48,440 nt of DNA. Source: Bacteroidia bacterium. GTDB taxonomy: Bacteria > Bacteroidota > Bacteroidia > 2-12-FULL-35-15. Every line of letters begins with the position of its first letter. Position 1 is the first letter of the stretch. Under the pieces are notes generated by a model, which had not been told where the DNA came from, did no database searches, and saw only the letters and a program-made list of their open reading frames with translations. Shown piece after piece: positions 11,310 to 22,500 of this stretch. The stretch lies in the NCBI GenBank assembly GCA_049651825.1, contig JBASCV010000169.1, positions 1 to 48,440 on the forward strand. Direction: 5' to 3'. Both the position numbers and the translations under genes were made by a program.

Positions 11310-14300
11310 TTATCTTATTAAGGTAATTGTGCCTTTGTATTTATGCGTATTGTTTTTAAAGTCAAGCACCTTTATAGAGTAAACATACACATCTTTTTTG
11401 GCAACTTCACTACCATTATTTATTGTTCCGTCCCAAGGTTTGTTTAAATCATCTGTTCTATAAACAAGCGTTCCCCAGCGATCGAAAATGAGCATTTCTA
11501 TTGATGTAACAAAAGTTCCTGTTCCAATAAATGTATCGTTTACACCATCATCATTGGGAGTAAATGCGCTTGGAATATAAAACATAAAATCAGGATCAAT
11601 AATTACTTGATGATTAATTGTGTTAGTACATCCGTAAAGTGTACCTGTTTCAAGCGAAACCATGTATGTTCCTGTTAATGAATAGGTGTGAGGTGGAGGT
11701 GAAAACAATGAACTGGTATCACCATCTCCAAATTGCCAAGCCCAGAAATTACCGCCAATAGATGTGTTTGTGAAGTTTATTACAGGGTCGGTAATTGTTG
11801 TGCTTTGTGGTGAGGCAAAAAACTCTGTAACAGGCAATGGATAAACCGTTATATGGTTGTTTTTAGATAAACTACTAACACAACCGCTATCAGAAGTAAC
11901 ACTTAGGTTTACACTATACTGTGTTAGAGCAAAAACAGAGTCGCTATTAAAACAATAGTTTGGCGAGTTTTGATTGCTAAAGGATGTACCATTGCTAATT
12001 GTCCATAAATTATTGGTGTTTGTTCCGGTTGCAATACTCGATAAATTATTAAATGTAACGCACAGTGGTTCGCAGCCAACGGTATCGCTAGAACTAAATG
12101 CAACTTGAGGGTTGGGGTTTACAAAAACTGTTTTTGTTATAGAATCCAAACAACCAAATGTTGATGTAACTTTTAGTTGAACAGGATATGAACCGTTTGT
12201 TGCATAAGCGTGTTGGGTATTTGAGCCAATCCCTGTATTATTATCTCCCAAACTCCACAACCATTGTGTAATAACATCATTGCTTATGTTATTAGTTAGC
12301 GTTGATTGACTAGTAAAAACATTCGTGTCTCCTAAACAAACATTCGTAAAATTAAAATCCGATACTGGTAATGGGTGTACAACAAGGCTATCAATAATGG
12401 TATCTTTGCACGAGTTGTTTGTTGTTACTATTAATTCTATCATATGTTGTCCAAAGTTATCGTAAAGATGTGTTGGGTTTTGTATTGTTTCTGTAGGGCT
12501 CGAATCGCCAAAACTCCAGTTCCAATTCGTAATCGTATTTCCATTTGTTACAGTTGATATATCATTAAATAATATGCTTTGTTGTAAGCAAACATCATTA
12601 GCAGTATATGTTGCAACAGGCATTGGAAATATTGTTACAGAGTCGGTTGTTGTGTCGGCACAAGCTAAATTTGAAGAGCGTGTAATTAAAGTTATTAAAT
12701 AATTTCCTGCACTTGAATACAAATGCCTTGGATTAACCTCAACAGTATTTAGTGGACTACCATCACCAAAATCCCAACTCCAAGTTGCAATGGTTCCCAT
12801 TGTTGGGTTTACAGAAGTATTGAAAAAGTTTACAGAGTCAATTAAACACTCATTTTCAACTGTAAAGTTCGCAACAGGAGGGTCAAAAACATTTATCGTT
12901 TTATTTGATGCGTTTGCACAGCCTTGATTGGTAGTAACCAACAACGTTACGCTATAGCTACCCGCATTTGAATAAAGGTGAGTTGGATTTTGTTCATTAT
13001 TGGTTGGGCTACCATCATTAAACACCCATAAATGAGATGAAATATTTGCCGAATTGTGTATCGATGACGAATCAATAAAATGCGTTGAGTCATTTAAACA
13101 AACATCTAATGCATTAAAATGTGAAATAGGATTATGATATACTGTTACAGTTTTAGTAATAGTATCCGCACAGGTAAAATTGTTTTTCACAATCAGCGTT
13201 ACATTATATGTACCAGTTGATGAATAGGTGTTTGCTGGATTTTGTGCACTATCTAAAGGAGTCGCATCACCAAAATTCCATGACCAAAAATTAATTGAAC
13301 CAGATGAAGTTGAAGAACTGTCGACAAAATGAGTAACACTACCTTGACAAACATTTTCACCACTAAACTTGGCAATGGGGTCGGGGTTTCTTGTAATTAC
13401 AAAGGAAAGCGTATCCCAACACGAATCCGCATCAATAACAGTAACTGTATAAATTCCTGCTGATAAATTTGATGCCGTTTGTGTTGTTTGAACAGGAGTT
13501 GTGTTCCAGCTATAAGTATATGGTTCTGTTCCACCAGAAACAGTTACTGTAGCGCTTCCATCAAAACTATTTAAACAGGTTTCATTAACAATGCCAAGTA
13601 CATTGTTACCTCCTAGAGTTTGGTATTGCGAAAGATTTAACTCATCAACAGCGTTTATTGTAATTGAATCGGTGTATGTGTGACAGAAAGGGTCGGTAAC
13701 AGTACAGGTATATGTACCAGGGGCAAGGCTATCAATGCTTGAGGTTGTTTCACCACCTGGTTGCCACAAATACGCATACGGTGTTGTTCCACCAGAAACA
13801 CTAACACTAGCTCTTCCTCCTTTACAAGAAGCATCATTCCCACTTATTACAACATTAAGCTGAGGTGGAGGAGTGCAGCTTATACTATAATTTGCAACAA
13901 AACCTGCTCCGCAAGCCAAAAGGGTTCCCGAAAAACGAGAACTTAAAATAATATCATAAACAGCACCTGGCGTTGGTGTACTTTCAATAAAAGTAAGCGT
14001 TGAATCATATTTTACGATACCGTTTGTTGTGGTGCCAACATAAATATTACCACAAGCATCAGAAGCCATTCCGCTGCATTGGTAATTAACTCCACCAGGT
14101 ACAGTAACAGAGTTTATGGGTGTAAGTGTTGCTTTGTTAAATCTTCTAAGGGTTGTGCCATCATACAAATAAACCCAAGGTCCTTGAACAAGAATACCAT
14201 TTATTCCTTGATAGACACTTGATGAATATGCTGGATTATAAGAATACCCCACGCCATCGTAGATTAAAGACAAACCACTAGGTGCAACGCCTGCTGGTGT

Positions 14301-15647
14301 AAAATCTGCATTTGTTTTTCTAATGGTTTTGGTTGGTAAATGTAGCGAATACATGTCCCCGTTGCAATCTGTTGCAATAGCCCTTGTTTCCTCATTATAA
14401 GCAATTTGGTCGCTTATTAAACCTGTTGAAATATCTAAACGAGCGAGATTATTTCCGCCAGGATTGATAAAGTACCCGCAAATAGCAAGTACATTTTTTG
14501 AATAGTTAAAACCCAGTCGCCACTCCTCTGAAAGTCCTGTGTGTACCCATTGTTGTACACCTGTTGAATCCAGCTTCTGACGCTTCCCTCCAGGATAACC
14601 GCCAATAATATATACATTGCCAGGGTTGTCAACGGCAATATCTCCAAGAAAAATAGAATAGGTTACATAGGTCCATTGTAATACACCAGCCGAATTATAT
14701 TTTTCAACACTATAATTTGAGTGATTACCGTGTACAAAAATATTTCCAACCGAATCTTCTTGTATATCAAATGCTCTATTAAAACTTGCGTAGTTTGTAT
14801 TCGTTATCCAAGGGTCTATTACAACTCCTTCTGGTGAAGATATTTTATTATTATTAAAAGTTATTTCAACAATGTTGTTTTTTAGTGAATAAACGGCAGG
14901 TATGTTTTTTAAAGAGTTTGCTGTGTATGCAATAGGTGCTTTATCTACAATGTGCCATTCTTTATTTAAGCTTTTTCGTTTAAATTTATTTTTTAAATGC
15001 AATGCTCCATTTTTATCAAGATAAATATCTTTTATTCCGCTCCATTCAAAGGCTATTTTCGGAATAATAGTATTAGGAGTAACCACAAATTTATATTTTA
15101 TTCCACCTTCTTCTGGTAATTCAAAAATAAGGTCAACCCCTTTGTATATATTTTTATAAATAAGTTTTTTAAATGCAGGAACAAAATTAAAACCATTTGT
15201 TTTATTTGCGTTTGCATATAAATTTTCATAATTATAATAGTTGTTTACTTTGTCCTCTACTACTATTTCTGGATTTGGATTTGCGTCTAAAAATAGCATA
15301 GCAGCCCTATGCCATATCGCTTCTGTTGTTTGCTCTTCTGGTTTTTTAACTATGCGCTCATTTTCTTCATCTCTTTTAATTTCTCTCCATTCTGGATAAT
15401 AAAAAACAATACCTTTTTTACTGAAATACATATTAAAATCAGTTTGTTCAACACCATAAAAAACGGTATCCTCAAATGGAATTTTTGTTAGTGCATTTGC
15501 GGTAAATTGACCATTTTCCTTAATAAAAACTCTATTCTGCAATGGTTTTATTAATAGGCCATTTTTTAATTTTTGAGCAGAGCTATTTGTTGAAAATAGC
15601 AGAATACTCAAATAGAAAAAATAAGATATAAATCGTTTTTTATTCAT
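11310..15647 (-). CDS. Giant secreted protein: beta-propeller head, 2 SprB-type repeats, 7 PKD modules, T9SS type-B (gliding-motility-associated, CHU_C-like) C-terminal domain
   Basis: 1445 aa with signal peptide MNKKRFISYFFYLSILLFSTNSSAQ. It has two C...SGGT.PY.Y.W repeats and seven modules carrying W.W.FGD...NP.H.Y...G.Y.V.L motifs. The C-terminus is DFMFYIPSAFTPNDDGVNDTF...FDRWGTLVY...PWDG. Confidence 0.92.
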   Translation of the reverse strand: MNKKRFISYFFYLSILLFSTNSSAQKLKNGLLIKPLQNRVFIKENGQFTANALTKIPFEDTVFYGVEQTDFNMYFSKKGIVFYYPEWREIKRDEENERIVKKPEEQTTEAIWHRAAMLFLDANPNPEIVVEDKVNNYYNYENLYANANKTNGFNFVPAFKKLIYKNIYKGVDLIFELPEEGGIKYKFVVTPNTIIPKIAFEWSGIKDIYLDKNGALHLKNKFKRKSLNKEWHIVDKAPIAYTANSLKNIPAVYSLKNNIVEITFNNNKISSPEGVVIDPWITNTNYASFNRAFDIQEDSVGNIFVHGNHSNYSVEKYNSAGVLQWTYVTYSIFLGDIAVDNPGNVYIIGGYPGGKRQKLDSTGVQQWVHTGLSEEWRLGFNYSKNVLAICGYFINPGGNNLARLDISTGLISDQIAYNEETRAIATDCNGDMYSLHLPTKTIRKTNADFTPAGVAPSGLSLIYDGVGYSYNPAYSSSVYQGINGILVQGPWVYLYDGTTLRRFNKATLTPINSVTVPGGVNYQCSGMASDACGNIYVGTTTNGIVKYDSTLTFIESTPTPGAVYDIILSSRFSGTLLACGAGFVANYSISCTPPPQLNVVISGNDASCKGGRASVSVSGGTTPYAYLWQPGGETTSSIDSLAPGTYTCTVTDPFCHTYTDSITINAVDELNLSQYQTLGGNNVLGIVNETCLNSFDGSATVTVSGGTEPYTYSWNTTPVQTTQTASNLSAGIYTVTVIDADSCWDTLSFVITRNPDPIAKFSGENVCQGSVTHFVDSSSTSSGSINFWSWNFGDATPLDSAQNPANTYSSTGTYNVTLIVKNNFTCADTITKTVTVYHNPISHFNALDVCLNDSTHFIDSSSIHNSANISSHLWVFNDGSPTNNEQNPTHLYSNAGSYSVTLLVTTNQGCANASNKTINVFDPPVANFTVENECLIDSVNFFNTSVNPTMGTIATWSWDFGDGSPLNTVEVNPRHLYSSAGNYLITLITRSSNLACADTTTDSVTIFPMPVATYTANDVCLQQSILFNDISTVTNGNTITNWNWSFGDSSPTETIQNPTHLYDNFGQHMIELIVTTNNSCKDTIIDSLVVHPLPVSDFNFTNVCLGDTNVFTSQSTLTNNISNDVITQWLWSLGDNNTGIGSNTQHAYATNGSYPVQLKVTSTFGCLDSITKTVFVNPNPQVAFSSSDTVGCEPLCVTFNNLSSIATGTNTNNLWTISNGTSFSNQNSPNYCFNSDSVFALTQYSVNLSVTSDSGCVSSLSKNNHITVYPLPVTEFFASPQSTTITDPVINFTNTSIGGNFWAWQFGDGDTSSLFSPPPHTYSLTGTYMVSLETGTLYGCTNTINHQVIIDPDFMFYIPSAFTPNDDGVNDTFIGTGTFVTSIEMLIFDRWGTLVYRTDDLNKPWDGTINNGSEVAKKDVYVYSIKVLDFKNNTHKYKGTITLIR

Positions 15648-15657
15648 GAATTTTTAA

Positions 15658-18600
15658 TTAGTTAACCAAAGTTACAGTGCCCTTAAACTTATGTTTGTTC
15701 TGTTTAAAGTCAATAACATTTATCGAGTATATATATACATCTTGTTTAGCAATTGTACTACCATTATTTATTGTTCCGTCCCAAGGTTTTTTTAGATCAT
15801 CTGTTCTATAAACAAGCGTTCCCCAGCGGTCGAAAATGAGCATTTCTATTGATGTAATAAACATCCCCTTTCCAATAAATGTATCATTTATACCATCATC
15901 ATTGGGGCTAAATGCGCTTGGAATATAAAACATAAAATCTGGTTCAATAATTATTTGCTTGAATGCCGTATCTATACAATTATAATTATTGGTGGCTATA
16001 AGTTGTACGTTATAAATTCCTGTGTCTGCATATGTGTGAGGCTCTGGATGAAATTGTGTACTTGTATCACTATCTCCTAAAAACCATTCCCAGCTCTCTC
16101 CACCCAAGCTATTGTTTGTAAATTCTATTGTGGGGTTTGTTATTGTTGCTGTTTCGGGGAATAAAGAAAAATTAGCAAAGGGCTTTGGGTATACTGTTAT
16201 AAAATTGGGTTTACTTAATGTACTAATACATCCACTATCTGAAACAACAGTAAGTGTTGGAGTGAAAATATCTGTTTGAATAGTAGATGTATTGTTATAA
16301 CAATATTCGAACGATTCTAATCCTTGTATAGAATCTCCGTTTCCTAAGCTCCACTCCCAATAAACAATGTTGCCCGACAAAATCTCTGAAGAGTCGCTAA
16401 ATACAGTACAGAGTGGTGAACATCCAGCGCTAATTGTTGAGTTAAAATAAATTGCTGGATTTGGGTTTACAACCACCGCTTTGCTAATAGAGTCAACACA
16501 ACCATTATTTGAATAAACTTTAAGCGTAACAGTATATGTTCCAGTATTGGTATATAAATGGGAGGCGTTTTGCGTAAATGTATTTGATGAAAAGTCGCCC
16601 CAACTCCAATTCCAATTCACAATAGAATCAACGCCTTCAATGCTTGATAAATCATTAAAATTGAGCGGTGTTCCATCACAAACATTTGAGGTAGAGTATT
16701 GCGAATTTGGGAGATGGTAAACAACTGTGTTTTTAATAGTAGAATCTACACAACCATTATTGCTAGTAGCTTTTAATAAAATAGTATGATTTCCTGGAAA
16801 AGAAAAAATATTTGTTGGTTCAGATGTGGTTGCGTTTACAACTCCATCTGTATCAAAATCCCAAAACCAAGTAGTAATACTATCTGGCGTAGCAATTGTT
16901 GTTAGATTTGTAAACGAATTAGTATTACCTAAACAAACACTATCCGAGCTAAAATCAACAACTGGCGAAGGAAAAACACTTATTAAGCCCGTTGCTGTGT
17001 CTTTACAACCAAAAGCTGTTGTTGCAAAAAGCGTTGTTGTGTAATTACCAACTAAAAAAGTATGATTAGGTGAATTAGCTGTATCATCAATAGTTCCATT
17101 TGATTCAAAATCCCAGTCAAAAAGAGTTGCACCTTGCGATGTATTATTAAATTCGGCTTGTTCGTAAACACATATATTATTAGTTGTAAAACTTGCGTTT
17201 GGTTTACAATATACAGTTACAGGTTTTGTATTAAATGAGGTGCAGCCGCTATCTGAAATTGTTGTAAGGCTTATTGTATAAACATTACAACTAGGGTAAG
17301 TATATGTTGGATTTTGCTGTATAGAACCAGCAGAACCAATTCCAAAGGTCCAGTTATACGTAACAATTGTTCCGGAACTAATAGTTGTACTATCAGAAAA
17401 AACAGATGCTTCACCCACACAAACTGGGGGAACTCCAAAATTTACATTTGGGTTTGGGTTAACAATAATACTTGCGCTATCCTTAGCAATGCAATTATTT
17501 TGGTCGGTAATTGTTAAAGTATAATTGGTTGTTATGTTAGGAGAAAGAGTAATGTTTTGATTTGTTATTCCACCCGGCTGCCAGCTATAGCTATATATTC
17601 CCGTTCCTCCTGATGCAGTGCTATTAATTGTTCCGCTTGCTCCTTGACAAACTGAAACGTTATTTGAAACATTTAAATTTAATGCAGTTGGTTCATTTAT
17701 TGTTATTGATGCGGATGTTGTACAGCCATTAGAATCTGTTATGGCGTATGTATAATTCCCTTGAGGAACATTACTAGCTTGTATTGTAGTTTGAACAGGT
17801 GTTGTATTCCAACTGTATGTATATGGAGGGGTTCCACCACTCACGAAAAGTGTAGCGCTTCCAGAAGAGTTGCTAAAGCAGTCAACATGTTGAATAGAAA
17901 CAGAGTCAACTGTAAGCGCAGCCTCTGGCTCGGTAATTGTTGTGCTGTCTTGTGAGGTACAGCCTTTGGTATCCGTGATACCTACAATGTAATTTCCTGG
18001 AGAAAGATTATTAATTGTTGCGGTGGTGGCTAAGTTATTCCATAAATAGGAATAAGGAGTATTTGTGCCAAGCTCTGTAGTTGTTATTGTGCCATCGCTT
18101 AGACCCACACAAGTTACATTGCTGCTTGTAATTGCTATTGATGGCAAAGGTATTATTCTAATTGTATCAACAAGTGTATCAATGATGCAACTATACTGGT
18201 TTATTGCTCTTATGATGTAATATCCTGTAGAATCAACCTGTTTCGAAAAGCTTGGATTGTTGGAGCTTTGAATAACCACATTGGGGTTATTCAAAGAAAA
18301 AAGGCTCCAATTATAACTTATTATTTTACTTGTATCTAACAAGCTAAACTCAATAGTGCTATTGATACAACTATCGCTTAATGTAATATTATTTACAGGC
18401 CTAATTAAACTTGTAACAATTGCTGGCAAGCCTAATTGACAAGTCTTACCTCCCAAATCTTGTTGCATGTCAACATAATTACAAGCGTTGCCAGCAGCAT
18501 TTGGCGTGTTAATAACCCCTAATTTGTTTTGCCCATGAAGTGCCGCATATATCTTTTGATCTGATGCAATTTGTAATGCACACATTCGGTATCCTACATT

Positions 18601-19536
18601 ATTACTAGTTGTTCCTATAACCTGTTTTGAAGCCAAAAATGCATTATTATCTATTGATGTTAAATCATATTGATAAATATTAGGATTATTCAATGCGGTA
18701 AAATAAAGAAACACATTGTTGGGGGAAAACTCTTGGCTATAAGAGAAACCACTTACCGAAACATCTGAAAATTTTAAAGTAAGTATACCTGTTGCATTGT
18801 TAAAATCATATACATATAAGCCATTTGGCGCACTACCATAAGTTGCAGTAACGATTTTGCTATTGGGAGATGATTTTAGTGAGCCAAGATGGTTGCTTAC
18901 TGATGGTCCAGCGGGGCTCAAAACAGGAGTTGTGTTAAATCCCGATGAAGAAATAAGGTAAGTGTTGTAGTTTACTGATCCAACAGGCTTTGCAACAACC
19001 CAAAAGTCGCAATTGTTTGCATGTTGAACTACACAAATTTTTTCACTTGTAGTTGATCCAAAAAGATGAATATTTTTTGTTGCAGTAACACTCCCAAGCC
19101 CCCCACTAAGTGTCATATCTACCTCGGAATACCTAACACCGCTTGTTCCACCATTATAATCAACAGTAACAATAAAATATTTATCAAAATGTTTTGTTGT
19201 GTAGTTGTAAGTACCAGGATACGGAACAATAATTGCGGACTGTGTTGCAGACGGGTTTCCTAACAATCCAGTTCCATTAGTCATTGCCACATGGTTTTTA
19301 TTCCAAACGGTTATCCCATCGGTATAAAAAACTAAATCTCCATTTTTATCTGCTATAGAGGCACACCCCTCAAATGTAGCGAGCTGTCCATTTGTTAATG
19401 GTGTTGGTGGGTTTGTGTTAAAGCTTAACCCTGCATTCGTTCCAAAATACCAAATGTTTGCCTCTCCCTGCGACCAAATATTTAAGCAAACGAAAAAAAG
19501 TAAGAAAGAAAAAAATATTTTTTTTGCAATTAACAT
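15658..19536 (-). CDS. Giant secreted protein: WYFG-type beta-propeller head, 3 SprB-type repeats, 6 PKD modules, T9SS type-B C-terminal domain
   Basis: 1292 aa with a signal peptide. The head starts ANIWYFGTNAGLSFN...FYTDGITVWNKNH. The C-terminal 90 aa are nearly identical to those of the downstream paralogue. There is a 10-nt gap to the next gene. Confidence 0.92.
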   Translation of the reverse strand: MLIAKKIFFSFLLFFVCLNIWSQGEANIWYFGTNAGLSFNTNPPTPLTNGQLATFEGCASIADKNGDLVFYTDGITVWNKNHVAMTNGTGLLGNPSATQSAIIVPYPGTYNYTTKHFDKYFIVTVDYNGGTSGVRYSEVDMTLSGGLGSVTATKNIHLFGSTTSEKICVVQHANNCDFWVVAKPVGSVNYNTYLISSSGFNTTPVLSPAGPSVSNHLGSLKSSPNSKIVTATYGSAPNGLYVYDFNNATGILTLKFSDVSVSGFSYSQEFSPNNVFLYFTALNNPNIYQYDLTSIDNNAFLASKQVIGTTSNNVGYRMCALQIASDQKIYAALHGQNKLGVINTPNAAGNACNYVDMQQDLGGKTCQLGLPAIVTSLIRPVNNITLSDSCINSTIEFSLLDTSKIISYNWSLFSLNNPNVVIQSSNNPSFSKQVDSTGYYIIRAINQYSCIIDTLVDTIRIIPLPSIAITSSNVTCVGLSDGTITTTELGTNTPYSYLWNNLATTATINNLSPGNYIVGITDTKGCTSQDSTTITEPEAALTVDSVSIQHVDCFSNSSGSATLFVSGGTPPYTYSWNTTPVQTTIQASNVPQGNYTYAITDSNGCTTSASITINEPTALNLNVSNNVSVCQGASGTINSTASGGTGIYSYSWQPGGITNQNITLSPNITTNYTLTITDQNNCIAKDSASIIVNPNPNVNFGVPPVCVGEASVFSDSTTISSGTIVTYNWTFGIGSAGSIQQNPTYTYPSCNVYTISLTTISDSGCTSFNTKPVTVYCKPNASFTTNNICVYEQAEFNNTSQGATLFDWDFESNGTIDDTANSPNHTFLVGNYTTTLFATTAFGCKDTATGLISVFPSPVVDFSSDSVCLGNTNSFTNLTTIATPDSITTWFWDFDTDGVVNATTSEPTNIFSFPGNHTILLKATSNNGCVDSTIKNTVVYHLPNSQYSTSNVCDGTPLNFNDLSSIEGVDSIVNWNWSWGDFSSNTFTQNASHLYTNTGTYTVTLKVYSNNGCVDSISKAVVVNPNPAIYFNSTISAGCSPLCTVFSDSSEILSGNIVYWEWSLGNGDSIQGLESFEYCYNNTSTIQTDIFTPTLTVVSDSGCISTLSKPNFITVYPKPFANFSLFPETATITNPTIEFTNNSLGGESWEWFLGDSDTSTQFHPEPHTYADTGIYNVQLIATNNYNCIDTAFKQIIIEPDFMFYIPSAFSPNDDGINDTFIGKGMFITSIEMLIFDRWGTLVYRTDDLKKPWDGTINNGSTIAKQDVYIYSINVIDFKQNKHKFKGTVTLVN

Positions 19537-19542
19537 ACCCCA

Positions 19543-22500
19543 CTATTTAATTAAAGTAACAATCCCTTTGAATTTATGTTGTTCGTTTCTAAAGTCTTTT
19601 GCTTTTATAGAATATACATATACATCCTGTTGTGCTAACTCCGAACTGTTTTTAACTTTTCCGTCCCAAGGGGTATTCAAATTATTTGTTTCAAATACTA
19701 AATTGCCCCACCTGTCAAAAATTTGCATTTCAAATTCAATTACAAAAATTCCATTTGCACTAAAAAAATCATTTACACCATCTTCATTGGGTGTAAATGC
19801 ATTGGGAACAAAAAGTAAAAAATCAGGTTCAATAATAATTGTTTGAGTATTTGTATCTAAACAATTGTTTTGTGTTGTACCTACTAGTGTAATTGTATAG
19901 GTTCCTGTATCAGTATATGTATGTGAATTTGGGTTTTCAACTGTACTTGAACTTCCATCTCCAAAGCTCCAACTCCAACTGTTGGCAATACTACTCTCAT
20001 TTGTTATATTAATGATGGGGTTGGTATATTGAGCCACTTGTGGTGAAACACTAAACTGTACTACAGGTAAAGGGTAAACTGTAATATAATTGTTTTTTGC
20101 TATAGTATTGGTACAACCATTTTCGGAAGTAACAATTAAACTGGGTGTATATGTTTGGTTTATTCCTGCGGAATTTGTGTAACAGTGTGTTGTTTGTTGT
20201 GAATTATTGTTTGTTGCCCCATCTCCAAAATCCCAAGCCCAGCTGGTAATTGTTCCAGAAGAAATTGTTGATGTGTTTTCGAACATAATGCAAAGTTCTT
20301 CACATCCATTTGTATCGCTTACAGTAAACTGTGCAATTGGATTTGCGTGTACAGTAAGCGTTGCTGTTATAGAATCTTGGCAACCAAAGTTGGTTTCAAC
20401 TAAAAGTTGCACAGGGAAATTCCCTGCTGTTGAGTATTGGTGACTAACGTTAATATTTCCATTTCCACTGTGTATGCCGCCATCTCCAAAATTCCAACTC
20501 CAGTTAGTTATTACATCGTTTAAGTTGTTTGTTGGTATGGTTGAAACATTGTAAAACAAAGCTGTTGAGTCTGCACAAATGTTTGTTGTTTCAAATTGGG
20601 CTGTTGGCAAAGGGTGAACAAGCACACTTTTTATAAGTGTATCCTTACAACCATCAGCGCTAGTAACAATTAAGCTTGTACTAAAACTTCCGTGAGCTTG
20701 GTAGTTGTGTGTTGGGTTTTGATTATTATTAGTTGGTGAACTATCGCCAAAGCTCCACAACCAGTTTGTAATGCTTCCGTTTGTTATTACTGATGAATCT
20801 GTAAATACAGATACCGTATTTAAGCAAACCTCGTTAACACCCCAGTTTGCTATTGGTTTTGGGTATACGCTAATTGTATCAATTAATGTATCGGAACAAC
20901 CTAAGTTTGAAGAGAAAGTAATTAATGATACATAATAGCTACCAACAGAGGTATAAATGTGATTCGGGTTTAAATCAGATGTATTGGCTGGACTTCCATC
21001 TCCAAAATCCCATTTCCAATTACTAATTGTTCCTAAACTCGGGTTTAAAGATTGGCTAGTAAAACTTGTTGCATCTAAAAAACAGGCATTGTTGTATGTA
21101 AAAGCTGATGTAGGGGCATCAAAAACATTAACGGTATTGGTTATGCTATCTTTACATCCATCTATACTTGTTGTTATTAATTTTACATTAAAATTTCCAC
21201 TGTTTGTATAAACATGTTTTGTATTTACAGAATTTACGCTTGAATTATTGTCTCCAAAATTCCAAACATTTGATGATATACTTGATGACGAGTGTATTGT
21301 GCTTGAATTGTTAAAAAATGTTGAATCTCCAAAACACACGTCTGATGATGTGAATGAGCTTGAGGGTTTGTAAAAAACACTTATATTTTTTGTTGTAGTA
21401 TCCAAACAACCAAAACTATTTGTAACGATTAAGGTTGCTATATAAGTACCTCCACTATCATAAACATGTGTTGGGTTTTGCAGTATATTTAGGGTGTTGT
21501 TATCACCAAAATTGTAATTCCATGTGGTTATTGAACCCAAACTTGTTGTTGATGTGTCGGTAAATTGTGTTGCCAAACCACCACAAACGCTAGTACTTCC
21601 AAAAACCGCAATCGGTTTTGGGTTTACTGTTATTGTAAAGTTTATTGTGCTACTGCATCCTGTAGATGTGTTTATACCAGTAACAGTATAGGTTGTTGTT
21701 GATAAAGGAGTGGCAATAATATTTGTTCCTGTAGTTGTGTTTAGTCCTGTGGACGGGCTCCATGTATATAAATTAGCACCAGAGGCGATAATTGTTGTGC
21801 TTTCGTTGTAACAAATAACGGTGTCGCCAGCTATTTCAATTGATGTAGATGATTGGCTGAGTAAAATGGAATCGTTGTTATTTGTGGAATCACATTCCAT
21901 AAATAGTAATTGTGGTGCATTTATGGGGCTGCTTCCATCATCATTTACATATATATGGTATGTAAGTATATTGCCATTGTAAGGCACGGTAATAGTGTCT
22001 TTTAAACAGCTATCGGCATAAATTAATTTATTTTTTTGTACGTTAGCAATAAGTGTTCCTCCTGTGCTAGGGTTTGCGTCATAAACAGCAATAGTAAGTG
22101 GTGATGTTGTTACCTTGCTTCCGATATTACACATTGTTAACAACAGAATTACGCTATCTGGTTTCAGGCAATAAATAGCAGAATCGATAGAAACATTAAC
22201 ATTGGCAAGAGGGATACAGCTCAACATCCAATTAACATCATAAATAGGCGATTGGGCAGAAAATCCGTTTATCTGTGGTATTAACGAATTGTTTTGTAGC
22301 TGTGTTGGTATTGATAAATCATCATTTATATTTGTTACAAAATAGCTGTGTTGATTCATTACTTTTCTGGAACCAACCCATTGATTGGTGCTGCTATTAA
22401 ATGCTTTTACAACACCTGCACTTGCTCCATTAGACGATCCGCAAGCACAAACAATATTAACCTGCCCGTCTCCATCAACGTCAACTATTGTGGGTAACTC

